DNA of 64,000 nt from Terriglobia bacterium (GTDB lineage: Bacteria > Acidobacteriota > Terriglobia > Acidiferrales > UBA7541), in assembly GCA_963695545.1 (NCBI GenBank), contig OY968796.1, positions 1,056,001-1,120,000 of the forward strand. The letters are read 5' to 3'. Below are positions 53,235 through 63,424 of this stretch, one piece after another (the stretch's first letter is position 1; the number at the start of each line of letters is the position of its first letter). Under the pieces are notes generated by a model. That model was not told where the DNA came from, did no database searches, and was given only the letters and a program-made list of their open reading frames with translations. The position numbers and the translations under genes were made by a program.

Positions 53235-53960
53235 GTGAATACGCATATCGACGTCGTGCGCTCCGAGGACGTGACTCTGCTGCGCGTTCTGGGATTGGAC
53301 CCCGCGCTTGCGGGCGCGACGGGTTACGGCGTGGTTGAAAGCGACGGCCGGCACTGCCGCATGGTGCGGCTGGGCGCGCTGCGGCCGGCGCGCGTTTCGA
53401 TGTCGCAGCGCAAGCGTGACGGCGCGGGCCTGGCGGCCACGACGATCGCGCACGAACATCTTTGCCGGATTCATCAGCTGGTTTCGGAATTGATCGAAGA
53501 GTTTGCGCCGCATAGCGTGGCGGTGGAATCCGTTTTCACGGCGCTCAATCGGCAAACGGCACTGCGTTTGGCGGAAGTGCGCGGCGTGGTGCTGCTGGCC
53601 GCGGCGCAAAAGGGCGTGCCGGTGCGAAGCTATTCGCCGCGCGAGATCAAGGCGCACGTTTCGGGCTACGGCAACGCCGGAAAAGAGCAGATGCAGCAGA
53701 TGGTGCGCGCTCTGCTGGGACTGGCCGAAACGCCGGAGCCTGCGGACGCGGCCGACGCGTTGGCCGTGGCGCTGTGCCACATCCAGGCGGCACAAGCCGA
53801 ATCGCGGATGGCCGCGGGCTTGGCGCGCGGCGGCAAGCTCGCGGGCCGCAATGCGCGCACAACGCCACGGGCGTCATCGGCGCCAGCATCGCGCGCGCCG
53901 CGTCAGGCGAGCCCTCGACAAATAACTCGGCTAGGCCCCACAATCCCAGTTTCGCGATGA
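53235..53960 (+). CDS. ruvC: Holliday junction resolvase RuvC
   Basis: VLGLDP...TGYGV, VAVESVF, GYGNAGKEQM, DAADALAVALCH; follows yebC. Confidence 0.93.
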   Translation: MNTHIDVVRSEDVTLLRVLGLDPALAGATGYGVVESDGRHCRMVRLGALRPARVSMSQRKRDGAGLAATTIAHEHLCRIHQLVSELIEEFAPHSVAVESVFTALNRQTALRLAEVRGVVLLAAAQKGVPVRSYSPREIKAHVSGYGNAGKEQMQQMVRALLGLAETPEPADAADALAVALCHIQAAQAESRMAAGLARGGKLAGRNARTTPRASSAPASRAPRQASPRQITRLGPTIPVSR

Positions 53961-54688
53961 CTCTCAGCCGGCCTCTGCGTCTCGCTCGGATCTGTATTTC
54001 GCTCGGGGTGCTGTGCCTCGCGTGGGCCGCGCCGGGCCGCGCCGGCGACGCCACCGTCATTTACAAGAAAATATTCCCGGGCAGTTCGCCGGAGTTCGTG
54101 GAAATTCATGTCGGTCAGGTTCAGGGCGCTAGTTGGGACGTCCGGCAGCTCAGCGATCCAGCCGACCCCGAACCGCTCGAGATTCGGCCCGCGCTGCGCG
54201 CCAGAATCTTCGAGTTGGCCGCGGCGCTGAATAATTTCGCGGGGCTGCAATTGGATGTACATCGGCGGCTCGCCAATCTCGGACAAAAAACATTTCGCTA
54301 CGAGGACGGCGGGGTGGTGCACGAGACGACGTTCAACTACACGACGGACCAGAACGCCAATCAATTGCTGGACATTTTCGAGGGGCTGAGCCGGCAGCAG
54401 CAGGATTTGCAAGCCATCAAGCACAGCATGAAATACGACCGGCTAGGCGTGAACGACGCACTGCTCCAATTTGAAAGCGACCTGGATCGCGAGTCGTTGC
54501 CGGAGCCCGATTGCCTGCTGCCGGCGCTCGACCAATTGGCGGCGGATTCTCGGTTTCTGAATATGGCGCGGGAGCGGGCGCGCTCGCTGGCGCAACGCAT
54601 CCGCGCGGCCGAAAATCTTCCGCTGAGCCCGCCCAGTTCACAGAACCAGCAAGCTCCCCAAAACCCAGCGAACGCCCAGAATCCTTGA
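53957..54688 (+). CDS. Exported hypothetical protein
   Basis: ATGA overlap with ruvC; signal peptide. Confidence 0.75.
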   Translation: MTLSRPLRLARICISLGVLCLAWAAPGRAGDATVIYKKIFPGSSPEFVEIHVGQVQGASWDVRQLSDPADPEPLEIRPALRARIFELAAALNNFAGLQLDVHRRLANLGQKTFRYEDGGVVHETTFNYTTDQNANQLLDIFEGLSRQQQDLQAIKHSMKYDRLGVNDALLQFESDLDRESLPEPDCLLPALDQLAADSRFLNMARERARSLAQRIRAAENLPLSPPSSQNQQAPQNPANAQNP

Positions 54689-54863
54689 AAATGGCCGTGC
54701 TTGTTTCTGGAACCTCCCAGGCTTGACACCGAGCGCGGGCAGGACCAGGATGTGGGAACGGTGAGAGCGCCCGACGCTGCGGTGCGCCGGTCCGGCGGGA
54801 AGAAGCCGGCACTTTCGAGATCCGAGCTCCCCGAAGAAGTGGTCCTTTCGCAGGGGGTGTGCT

Positions 54864-56402
54864 GTGCGCAAGCGATCGATTCCCACAATATTGCTGCTGC
54901 TCGCAGGGATGAGTTGTGCGCTTTCCGCGCGCGCTGGGTCCATTACCAACAATCAGACGAGCTACGCACGCGTGGTTCGGCTGAGCTTGGTTGACGGCGC
55001 TGTGAGCATCGCGCATGCGGGCGAGTCCTACTGGCAACCGGCGCTGGCCAACATGCCGATTCAGGAAGGCGATACGCTCGCGAGCGCGAGCGGATTCGCG
55101 GAAGTCGAATTTGAAAATGGATGTGTGGCTTACCTGGCCTCGAATTCCACGCTGCAATTCACGAAGCTGTCGCTTGAAAACGGCGGCCGCATGAGCGAAA
55201 TGACGGTCACGCAAGGAGCGGCGAGCTTCTATGCCAATCCGGCCAGCCAGGATTCCTTTGAGGCGTCCACGCCGGATCTGAGCGTGGCGGTCCCCAACAA
55301 GGGGCAGTTCCGCGTGGATGTCACGACCGGCGGCAGCTCGGTGAGCGTGTATTCGGGCGCGGTTTCGGTGAGTTCGAGCGCGGGGACGAATTCGCTGGCG
55401 AAAGGCCAGACGCTCACATTTCGCGCGGAAGGCAGCCAGGAAGTGAGCGTCGCGAGAAATTCTGAAGCGGACGCTTTCGATCGTTGGGTCAGCGGCCAGA
55501 CACAGTCGATTCTCGCTGCGACGAACGATTCGCGCGGTTACCTGAATTCGCCTTACTCGTACGGGCTCGCCGATCTCGATGGCTATGGCTCGTGGCTTGA
55601 CTGCCCGGGTGTGGGCACGTGCTGGCAACCGGGGGGAATGGCCGCGGGTTGGATTCCGTATGCCGACGGATTCTGGTCACCGTTCGACGGATTGGGCATG
55701 ACGTGGATCAGCTATGAACCGTGGGGATGGATGCCCTATCATTTCGGAACTTGGGAAATGTCGCCGATGTACGGTTGGGTGTGGGCGCCCGGCATGATGA
55801 CCGAATGGCAGCCGGCGATGGTGGCTTGGGTGCAATCCGGAGGACAAGTGGGATGGGTTCCGCTTGCGCCGAACGACGCAACAGGCAGGCCGCTCGCAAA
55901 TCTGCAGCGCGCGTTTGTGGTGAGCCCTGCGGCGACGGCCGTGGGCGCGGCCGCGGTGAATCACGCGACCCCAGTTGCCGACGCGCACGCGACGATCGTC
56001 ATCGCGCATCCGCCCACAGGTTTCGTGAGCGGAACGTCGCCATCTTTCGCGCGGACCTCCACTCCGGGCGCGGGCTTTGCGGGGCGCGGGCCGCAGCCGG
56101 TGGTGTTTGATCGGGCCACGCACGCGTTCGTAAACGCACCTGCTTCGGGGGCGTTCCGCGCGCCACAAAATTCCGATGTCGCCAGGAACACGTTCCGCTC
56201 GGCTCCCGCTCCGATGGCCATGCCCAGCCGCTCGTTCGGCGGGCAGGGCGGAGGGGGGCAAGATCAATTCGGCGGCGCCGCGGCTCGCGGTGGCCAAGGA
56301 AACTCAGCGTCGATGAACTCGACACCGCGAGCTTCTGGACCGGTCGCGCCCGCGACAGCGCCAGCGGCAACCGCGCCGGCGCAAGCCGCGGGGCGCCATT
56401 AG
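54864..56402 (+). CDS. FecR-domain / DUF6600-like exported protein
   Basis: Signal peptide, ARVVRLSLVDG, FecR-like beta domain, Trp/Gly/Pro-rich WISYEPWGWMPYHFGTW, low-complexity tail. Confidence 0.82.
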   Translation: MRKRSIPTILLLLAGMSCALSARAGSITNNQTSYARVVRLSLVDGAVSIAHAGESYWQPALANMPIQEGDTLASASGFAEVEFENGCVAYLASNSTLQFTKLSLENGGRMSEMTVTQGAASFYANPASQDSFEASTPDLSVAVPNKGQFRVDVTTGGSSVSVYSGAVSVSSSAGTNSLAKGQTLTFRAEGSQEVSVARNSEADAFDRWVSGQTQSILAATNDSRGYLNSPYSYGLADLDGYGSWLDCPGVGTCWQPGGMAAGWIPYADGFWSPFDGLGMTWISYEPWGWMPYHFGTWEMSPMYGWVWAPGMMTEWQPAMVAWVQSGGQVGWVPLAPNDATGRPLANLQRAFVVSPAATAVGAAAVNHATPVADAHATIVIAHPPTGFVSGTSPSFARTSTPGAGFAGRGPQPVVFDRATHAFVNAPASGAFRAPQNSDVARNTFRSAPAPMAMPSRSFGGQGGGGQDQFGGAAARGGQGNSASMNSTPRASGPVAPATAPAATAPAQAAGRH

Positions 56403-56436
56403 AAATTAGAAATCGCGGCGTTGGGCGCGTTTCGCG

Positions 56437-57297
56437 TCAGCGAATGACGACGCCGGCATAGCCCACAACTTCTTCGCGCTCGCCGTTGACGTCACCGGAA
56501 GTCGCGTAGCGAATCAAGTCCGATTCGGTCGCGCCCAAATCGCGCGCCGCGATCAGCACGCTCACCGCAGGGCCAACGCCACACATCGAGATCTGTTCGC
56601 GCCGCACAACGTCGAATAGCCCCTGCGGATCGAGCGCGAGAATGCGGTCGAGCGCTTTGCGATCTTTTGCGCGCGTGACGGCGTCGGACTCGTGGTGATT
56701 CATGTCGGAGCTGACGACAATCAGCACCGGCTCGGCGGCGTGCACAACCGCTTTGGCGATGGCGCTCCCGAGCAATTCAAGTTCATCGTAGCGAACGTTT
56801 CCGAGCGCGATGGGAACGAAACGAAAATCGCGCGCGCGGCGCTGCAGAAATGGCAACTGCACTTCGAGCGCGTGCTCGCTTTGGTGGGCCACGGCGTCCT
56901 CGCGCAGCACCGGACTCGCGGCCCGCAACTCGGCCGCGAGCGGCGCGTCGATCTGCGCGTCGCCAAGCGGCGTGCGCCACGCGCCCTCGGACAAAATGGC
57001 CATTTGCGCGCCGCGCGGATAATGGCGCGGGCCGACTAGAATAAAACGTGCGGGCAAATCGAGCTGCGCGTAAACGGCTCCTGCGACGTGCCCGGAATAA
57101 ATGTATCCGGCATGAGGAACAAGGCAAGCGATGGCCGGACGCGGTGCAACTTCAGCGGGTGCGCGAACCGCGCGAAGACCGTTGTTTTGAAATTCGGCGA
57201 GGGGCGCGGTTTTCTGAAGCAGCGAATCCACTTGCTGTTCGAGCAGAGCGCGCTCGGCGGGATAAAATCTGCCGGCGACGGCGGCGGGACGAATCAG
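56437..57297 (-). CDS. AmmeMemoRadiSam system protein B (Memo family)
   Basis: RPAAVAGRFYP, PHAGYIYSG, EHALEVQLPFLQ, SSDMNH, SMCG, VVGYAG; probable CTG start at 57297. Confidence 0.92.
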   Translation of the reverse strand: MIRPAAVAGRFYPAERALLEQQVDSLLQKTAPLAEFQNNGLRAVRAPAEVAPRPAIACLVPHAGYIYSGHVAGAVYAQLDLPARFILVGPRHYPRGAQMAILSEGAWRTPLGDAQIDAPLAAELRAASPVLREDAVAHQSEHALEVQLPFLQRRARDFRFVPIALGNVRYDELELLGSAIAKAVVHAAEPVLIVVSSDMNHHESDAVTRAKDRKALDRILALDPQGLFDVVRREQISMCGVGPAVSVLIAARDLGATESDLIRYATSGDVNGEREEVVGYAGVVIR

Positions 57298-57314
57298 GGG
57301 AAAGCCTCGCTGAC

Positions 57315-57701
57315 TTAGGCGGGCTTCGAGGGCCTGCCGCGAACGTCCAGCGCTATTTTTGAGCCGGCGAGCGTGGTGACCACGACTTTATCGCCGTTCT
57401 GATAGCCGCCGGCATCCAGAATTCTTTGCATCTTCGGCTTCAGCTGTGGCGAAAAAGTGAACGTGCGGAGTTCGTTCGGGTGATTGGGATCCAAACTGCG
57501 CACGGTAATGAAGTCCGGAGACTGATTGACGACTCCGCCGTGAAACTTCACACGTTTCGGGTGCGGCGCCGGAAGCGTGGCGACTTGCGTGGTCTGCGCG
57601 GCCGGCGAACGAACCGCTGCGGCGCGGGCGGCGGATGCGCAAAAGGCAACCGAAGCAAGGCCGGCAACCAGCAGCGGCGCGATGAGTTTAGAGCGATTCA
57701 T
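57315..57701 (-). CDS. Exported hypothetical protein
   Basis: Signal peptide followed by a small beta-rich domain. Confidence 0.7.
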   Translation of the reverse strand: MNRSKLIAPLLVAGLASVAFCASAARAAAVRSPAAQTTQVATLPAPHPKRVKFHGGVVNQSPDFITVRSLDPNHPNELRTFTFSPQLKPKMQRILDAGGYQNGDKVVVTTLAGSKIALDVRGRPSKPA

Positions 57702-58038
57702 CCAGTGAAATCTTGAGCGATTTCAGAAAGCGGAGATCCTGTGGCGTCATCTCGAATTTCGACGCCTGGCCTTCTTCCTCGAAAACTTCTTGATCCACCT
57801 GAATGTGCAGCGCCTCGAGGAAGGTGCGGTCGTTCGAGGTGATGCGCTCGGGCTGGCCGGCTTCCGAAGGCGGGCGGCGGGCAAGGCCGATTGTCGCGTC
57901 AAGCTTGAGCACGATGTCATAACCGGCGGCGCGCACACCGGCGATCGCCGCGACGATGCGCTCGGATTCCGAGACCGTGTCGTTGATGGCGTGGCCCAGC
58001 TCACGCAACAGCTGCTTCAAGTGATCGTCGAGTTGCAC
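57688..58038 (-). CDS. Hypothetical protein with duplicated T..D..FL..L.I motif
   Basis: GTG start after GGAGGAGG; ITSNDRTFLEALHI and MTPQDLRFLKSLKI. Confidence 0.75.
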   Translation of the reverse strand: MQLDDHLKQLLRELGHAINDTVSESERIVAAIAGVRAAGYDIVLKLDATIGLARRPPSEAGQPERITSNDRTFLEALHIQVDQEVFEEEGQASKFEMTPQDLRFLKSLKISLDESL

Positions 58039-58229
58039 GGAGTGCCCTCCTCCAAGTTCGACCCTATTTGCATTGTAGGATGGGGGTGCACGGCAAACAA
58101 GCCCCCAGAGCGGCCTGCGCGTGCCCAATCCGTCCCCTCCCTGCCCCTTTTGATGAAAATGACGAGAACAACGAGACGCGGCGCGCGCAATTTCTTCGCA
58201 TCCACGCAGCTCTGTACTAAAATCCGCAT

Positions 58230-58478
58230 GTGAGTCTTGGGGCGATTTACGCGGCGGTGCGAGGTTTCTTGAAGGCGCTGTGGCGCGCCACGCGGCAAGT
58301 GTTCCATGAAACCACCGGAACGCTGTTTCTGCTGCTCGCGCTGTCGGGCGCGGTTTCGGTGCTGCGCAATTGGCAGCACGGTCCGCCGCTGTGGCCGACG
58401 TGGCTGGCCCTGGCCTACACGCTGATGATGGCGGGATTCGGCGTCTCATCATTTCGCATGGCGCGGCGCGTGCGCTAA
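58230..58478 (+). CDS. Small two-TM membrane protein
   Basis: TAAAAT 6 nt before the GTG; two hydrophobic helices. Confidence 0.65.
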   Translation: MSLGAIYAAVRGFLKALWRATRQVFHETTGTLFLLLALSGAVSVLRNWQHGPPLWPTWLALAYTLMMAGFGVSSFRMARRVR

Positions 58479-58517
58479 GGCGGGCGTTGCGCTGCGCTCT
58501 CGAATTCCACGAATGCG

Positions 58518-60152
58518 ATGAAACAGACCTCCGACAAATCCGCTGCTTCCGATCCGCGCAAACCGAGACTCACTACGCTCGGCGGAATCCCGCTCGCGCC
58601 ATGCTACGGACCGGAAGATGGCGCGAACGAAAACGACGAAGAGTCGATCGGCTATCCCGGCGAATTTCCGTTCACGCGCGGAATCTACCCGACGATGTAT
58701 CGCGGGCGCCTGTGGACCATGCGCCAGTACGCCGGGTTCGGCGCCGCCGCGGAATCGAATCGCCGCTATCGCTATCTGCTCGAACAGGGACAGACGGGGC
58801 TTTCGGTGGCTTTCGATCTGCCGACGCAGATCGGACTCGATTCCGATCATCCGCGCGCACTCGGGGAAGTCGGACGCGTCGGCGTGGCCATCGATTCGCT
58901 CGAAGACATGTTGACGCTATTCGATCAAATTCCACTCGAGCGCGTTTCCACTTCGATGACCATCAACGCCACGGCAGCGATTCTTCTGGCGCTATACGTC
59001 GCGGTTGCGAAACGGCAGGGCGCGGATTTAACGAAACTCTCCGGCACCGTGCAGAACGACATTCTGAAGGAATACATCGCGCGCGGCACATACATATATC
59101 CCGTGCGCCCCGCGATGCGCATTGTGACGGATTTATTCGCATGGTGCCGCACTGAACTGCCCGCGTGGAACACAATTTCAATTTCCGGTTATCACATTCG
59201 CGAGGCCGGATCGACCGCCGCGCAGGAAGTGGCCTTCACGCTGGCCGATGGAATCGCTTATGTGGAGGCGGCCATTGCCGCCGGCAGCGCCGTGGATGAA
59301 TTCGGGCCGCGGCTTTCTTTCTTCTTCAACGCGCACAATGATCTGCTGGAAGAAATCGCGAAGTTTCGCGCCGCGCGGCGTTTGTGGGCGCGTATCATGC
59401 GCGAACGATTCGGCGCGCGCGATCCCCGATCAATGATGCTGCGCTTCCACGCGCAAACTGCCGGCAGCTCGCTCACTGCGCAGCAACCGGAAAACAATTT
59501 GGTGCGCGTGGCGATTCAGGCGCTCGCGGCCGTGCTAGGCGGCTGCCAATCGCTGCACACAAATGCGCTCGATGAAGCCCTCGCGCTGCCGAGCGAGAAC
59601 GCGGCCCTGCTGGCGCTGCGCACGCAACAGATCCTGGCGCACGAGACCGGCGTGGCGCAGACTGTCGATCCGGTCGGCGGCTCCTACGCGATCGAGCATC
59701 TGACCGACGAGATCGAAACGCGCGCCCGCGCGGCGATCGAAAGAATCGACGCGCTGGGAGGCATGCTGCGCGCCATCGAGACCGGCTACGTGCAGCGCGA
59801 AATCCAAAAATCGGCGTATGAATATCAACAGGCCGTCGAGCGGCGCGATGAAATTGTGGTCGGCGTGAACCAGTACGCCGCGAGCGAACAAGGTGAGCAA
59901 CCCCGCGTGCCGCTGCTGCGCATCGATGAAACTACCGAGCGCGATCAGATCGAACGGCTTCGCGCCCTTCGCGCGCGCCGCGATTCGGCCCGCGCCGCGT
60001 TGGCCGTCGCAGAAGTCGGGCGGCGCGCGCGCACAGCGGAGAATCTTTTGCCGGCGATTCAAACGGCGGTCGAGGCGTTCGCTACCGTCGGAGAAGTCTC
60101 CGACGCGATGCGACAGGTTTTCGGCGAGTATCAGGAAACTGTGAGTCTCTAA
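58518..60152 (+). CDS. Methylmalonyl-CoA mutase, substrate-binding (large) subunit
   Basis: [51 protein letters not shown]; no B12-binding DxHxxG domain. Confidence 0.93.
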   Translation: MKQTSDKSAASDPRKPRLTTLGGIPLAPCYGPEDGANENDEESIGYPGEFPFTRGIYPTMYRGRLWTMRQYAGFGAAAESNRRYRYLLEQGQTGLSVAFDLPTQIGLDSDHPRALGEVGRVGVAIDSLEDMLTLFDQIPLERVSTSMTINATAAILLALYVAVAKRQGADLTKLSGTVQNDILKEYIARGTYIYPVRPAMRIVTDLFAWCRTELPAWNTISISGYHIREAGSTAAQEVAFTLADGIAYVEAAIAAGSAVDEFGPRLSFFFNAHNDLLEEIAKFRAARRLWARIMRERFGARDPRSMMLRFHAQTAGSSLTAQQPENNLVRVAIQALAAVLGGCQSLHTNALDEALALPSENAALLALRTQQILAHETGVAQTVDPVGGSYAIEHLTDEIETRARAAIERIDALGGMLRAIETGYVQREIQKSAYEYQQAVERRDEIVVGVNQYAASEQGEQPRVPLLRIDETTERDQIERLRALRARRDSARAALAVAEVGRRARTAENLLPAIQTAVEAFATVGEVSDAMRQVFGEYQETVSL

Positions 60153-60160
60153 TCTCCATC

Positions 60161-60781
60161 ATGGAAGGCAAACCTTCGCTCATTCTGGCTTCGGCTTCGC
60201 CGCGGCGCGCGCAAATCCTGCGCGATGCGGGCATCCCATTTGAAGTCGTTGCGCGGCATGTCGACGAAACTGTCGTGCCTGGAGAATCCGCCGAGGCGAT
60301 GGTGCTTCGCTTGGCTGAGGCTAAGGCCCGCGCTGCGGCAGGATCGCTGCCGGCCAACGAGCGCGGGATTTTCGTGCTGGGAGCGGACACGACGGTCGTC
60401 GCCGACGACGGCGCGACGATTCTGGGCAAACCCAGTTCGCCGGCGGACGCGGCGCGCATGCTGCGTTTACTGAGCGGCCGCACGCATCGCGTGCTCACCG
60501 GCATCGCCGCGATCCGGCTGCCCGGCGGTGAATTTCGCAGCGCGGTGGAATCCACTCTCGTCACATTCGCGGAATTTGGTGCCGACGAAATTGCGCGCGC
60601 CATCGCGAGCGGAGAGCCATTCGACAAAGCCGGCGCATACGCGATTCAGGGCCGCGCGGGCCGTTTCGTCGAGCGCGTGGATGGATGCTATTTCAATGTC
60701 GTGGGACTGCCTCTCCATCTCGCGTGCAAGCTGCTCGGCGAGTTGGGCTGGTCCGCCGAGCCAGCTTCGTCTTCGGGGTAA
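60161..60781 (+). CDS. maf: Maf family nucleoside triphosphate pyrophosphatase
   Basis: LILASASPRR, GADT, LGKP, DKAGAYAIQG, NVVGLP. Confidence 0.95.
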   Translation: MEGKPSLILASASPRRAQILRDAGIPFEVVARHVDETVVPGESAEAMVLRLAEAKARAAAGSLPANERGIFVLGADTTVVADDGATILGKPSSPADAARMLRLLSGRTHRVLTGIAAIRLPGGEFRSAVESTLVTFAEFGADEIARAIASGEPFDKAGAYAIQGRAGRFVERVDGCYFNVVGLPLHLACKLLGELGWSAEPASSSG

Positions 60782-60802
60782 AAACGCTCGCGTGAGGCGT
60801 CG

Positions 60803-60837
60803 AAAAAAAATCGAGCGGCCCGCAAAGGCCGCTCGAT
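60803..60837 (-). terminator. Rho-independent terminator after tatA
   Basis: ATCGAGCGGCC/GGCCGCTCGAT stem followed by a T-run on the minus strand. Confidence 0.85.
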
Positions 60838-60878
60838 GGAAATTCGCAAAATCTCAGTATTCGATGCTGTGCCGCGGG

Positions 60879-61085
60879 CTACTTCCTCTCTTCGGTCGCA
60901 GACGGCGGCGGCGCGGTGGTCGTGCTCGAAGGCGGGGCCGTCGGCGGCGGATCGCCGCGCATCCCTTCCTTAAAGCTGCGGACTCCCTCGCCCATCCCCT
61001 TCATGACCTCGGGGATCTTTTTCCCGCCAAACAAGATTATCACGACTGCCGCGATGATCAGCAAATGCCATGGAGAGAATTCCAT
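60879..61085 (-). CDS. tatA: Twin-arginine translocase TatA/TatE
   Basis: WHLLIIAAVVIILFGGKKIPEVMKGMGEGVRSFKEG; GGAG RBS. Confidence 0.93.
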   Translation of the reverse strand: MEFSPWHLLIIAAVVIILFGGKKIPEVMKGMGEGVRSFKEGMRGDPPPTAPPSSTTTAPPPSATEERK

Positions 61086-61262
61086 ACAGATAACTCCTTC
61101 GCGCCCTGCCCGCGGCAAGCGCGCACTTCCGGACGGAACAACTTGGCCGCAATCGGCAAGCTGCAGTATAACACGTTCGGATCGTGGCGGCGGCGATCCT
61201 CGCTGCAATCGCCCTCTAAGTTACCCAATTGCCGAGCTGGCTCCGCTACGGAGGCCGAGCGT

Positions 61263-62015
61263 TCAGGAAGGCAACGCCGCAGCCATTTCTTCGACGATCG
61301 CATTGGCCGCCGCGACTGGATCCGCCGCAGCTGTGATGGGCCGGCCGATGACGAGGTAGTCTGCTCCCGCGCGAATCGTGGCGCCTGGCGTCGCGGTGCG
61401 CGACTGGTCGTCCTTCTTCGCTCCACCGAGCGCCAGCCCAACGGCCGGGCGTATACCCGGCACCACGATCAGGAATTCCGGTCCGCAGGCCCGGCGAATC
61501 GCCTTTACTTCGTGTGGCGAGGCCACCACGCCGTCGAGGCCCGCCTGGCGCGCCAACACGGCCAGGCGCCGAACTTCTCGTTCGACTGGGCCTGAGATCC
61601 CCACCCGGCGCAGGCCGGCGGCGGAGTGGCTGGTTAGAATTGTTACAGCAATCACGCCAGGCCGGCTCGAGCCGCCCCCGCCCGAGCGGCCGGCCTCGGC
61701 GGCCGCGGCCATTGCTTCGGTGCCGGCCAGGGCGTGCATGTTCACCAGCCGCACGCCGGGCGATGCCACGGCTGATCGTATCGCACCCGCGACTACGCTG
61801 GGAATATCATGGAATTTGAGATCCAGGAAGACTCCTGGGCCAAGGCCGGCGAGTTTCTCGACCGCAAACGGGCCGACGGCTGTAAATAAGTGTGTATTTA
61901 TCTTAAACATACCAACGTGCGGGGCTAACAACTTGGCGAGAGGGAATGCGGATTCGAGATTATCAAAATCGAGGGCGAGGATCAGGCGCTTACGGGCAGC
62001 GTCTATTCGTGACGT
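61263..62015 (-). CDS. pyrF: Orotidine-5'-phosphate decarboxylase (start codon non-canonical or uncertain)
   Basis: RLILALD, FLDLKFHDIP, AVTILTS, VPGIRP, DDQSR, VIGRPIT. Confidence 0.93.
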   Translation of the reverse strand, partial: TSRIDAARKRLILALDFDNLESAFPLAKLLAPHVGMFKINTHLFTAVGPFAVEKLAGLGPGVFLDLKFHDIPSVVAGAIRSAVASPGVRLVNMHALAGTEAMAAAAEAGRSGGGGSSRPGVIAVTILTSHSAAGLRRVGISGPVEREVRRLAVLARQAGLDGVVASPHEVKAIRRACGPEFLIVVPGIRPAVGLALGGAKKDDQSRTATPGATIRAGADYLVIGRPITAAADPVAAANAIVEEMAAALPS

Positions 62016-62431
62016 GGGGGCACCTCCAGAAGTTCGATTCTGAGCCGCGATACGCCGCGCCCGACCATTCCCAAATTACACGCCACTTGATACGAAACGT
62101 CAAGATCGCGCCCATCAACATACGGTCCGCGGTCGTTGATACGGACCAATTGGGACTTTCCAGTTCTCATATTCTTGAGCCGGACGATCGAGCCGAAGGG
62201 CAGATTGGGCTCCGCGGCTGTATTGGCGTTCATGTCGAAAGGCTCGCCGCTGGCGGTCGTTCGGCCCTGAAATTCCTGGCCGTACCAGCTGGCATTCGCC
62301 ATCCAAACACGGATGGGCTTGTTCGGCTGAGGGGCAAGGGCGACGACGGGTTCCTGCGCAAGAGGGATAGCCAGAAAGAGGAAGAGCGCCCAGAAAATCC
62401 CTCCCCGAACGATCTTCAGGAGGCGGCGCAT
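62003..62431 (-). CDS. rlpA: RlpA family septal lytic transglycosylase (DPBB domain)
   Basis: ASWYG..FQGRTTASGE.FD, LPFGS, VRINDRGP. Confidence 0.88.
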   Translation of the reverse strand: MRRLLKIVRGGIFWALFLFLAIPLAQEPVVALAPQPNKPIRVWMANASWYGQEFQGRTTASGEPFDMNANTAAEPNLPFGSIVRLKNMRTGKSQLVRINDRGPYVDGRDLDVSYQVACNLGMVGRGVSRLRIELLEVPPRHE

Positions 62432-62488
62432 AGTGTCTCGCTTATGGTACACATCACGACTAATTATACCAGGGCGCGAAGCCTAAAT

Positions 62489-63424
62489 TCAATCAGAAAC
62501 GTCAGAGAGTGATCCTCGTATCTTGCTGATACTATGTATCTTGTTGGATTTACATAGCTTTCTTAGGCCCTCAATGATGCGCTCGCAGGCCTTGGGGTCC
62601 GCAAACGAGGCCGTGCCCACCTGTACCGCAGTGGCACCCACGAGCATATATTCCACTACATGCTCCGGCGATTCGATGCCGCCGAGGCCGATAACGGGAA
62701 CTCGAACCGCGTGGCAAACCTGATAGACCTGCCGGAGGGTGATGGGCTTGATTGCGGGTCCGGAAAGGCCGCCGCTGATCCGCCCGAGACGCGAGCGGCC
62801 CGTTTCGGAATCAACGGCCATCGCTGGGTAGGTGTTGGCGACCGTCAGGGCGTCGGCGCCGGACTCCTCGGCGGCCCGGGCGATAGACGCGATATCTGTA
62901 ACTAAAGGTGACAGCTTCACCCAGAGCGGGTGCCGCGCCACCGGGCGGGCGGCCGCGACGAGCTGGGCGACCAAGCGGGCATCGGCGCCGAATTCCATGC
63001 CGCCGCTTGAAACGTTGGGGCAGGAAACGTTCAGCTCATAGGCGGCAACGCCATCGGCCTCTTCGAGCACGCGGATCACGCCCAGGTACTCGTCGATGCT
63101 GCGTCCGAAAACGTTGGCGATGATCGGTGTGCGATAGGCTCGGAGCTGCGGCAGTTTTTCGGCGACGAACGCGCGCACGCCGATATTTTGCAGACCGATG
63201 GCATTCAGCATCCCCCCACGCACTTCGCAAACGCGCGGCGCGGGAGCGCCCGCCATCGGCTCGAGCGAGAGCCCTTTGACCACGATGCCGCCAAGCTTGT
63301 TGAGATCGACGAGGTGAGCGAATTCGACGCCGTAGCCAAATGTGCCGCTTGCGGCGATGACGGGATTCTCGAAGCGTAACGCGCCGATCGTTACGCTCAA
63401 ATCGACTGCGTTCGGCGGAGCCAC
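62489..63424 (-). CDS. pyrD: Dihydroorotate dehydrogenase, family 1 catalytic subunit
   Basis: NPVIAASGTFGYG, NAIGLQN, ELNVSCPN, VKLSP, GGLSGPAIKP. Confidence 0.94.
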   Translation of the reverse strand: MAPPNAVDLSVTIGALRFENPVIAASGTFGYGVEFAHLVDLNKLGGIVVKGLSLEPMAGAPAPRVCEVRGGMLNAIGLQNIGVRAFVAEKLPQLRAYRTPIIANVFGRSIDEYLGVIRVLEEADGVAAYELNVSCPNVSSGGMEFGADARLVAQLVAAARPVARHPLWVKLSPLVTDIASIARAAEESGADALTVANTYPAMAVDSETGRSRLGRISGGLSGPAIKPITLRQVYQVCHAVRVPVIGLGGIESPEHVVEYMLVGATAVQVGTASFADPKACERIIEGLRKLCKSNKIHSISKIRGSLSDVSD

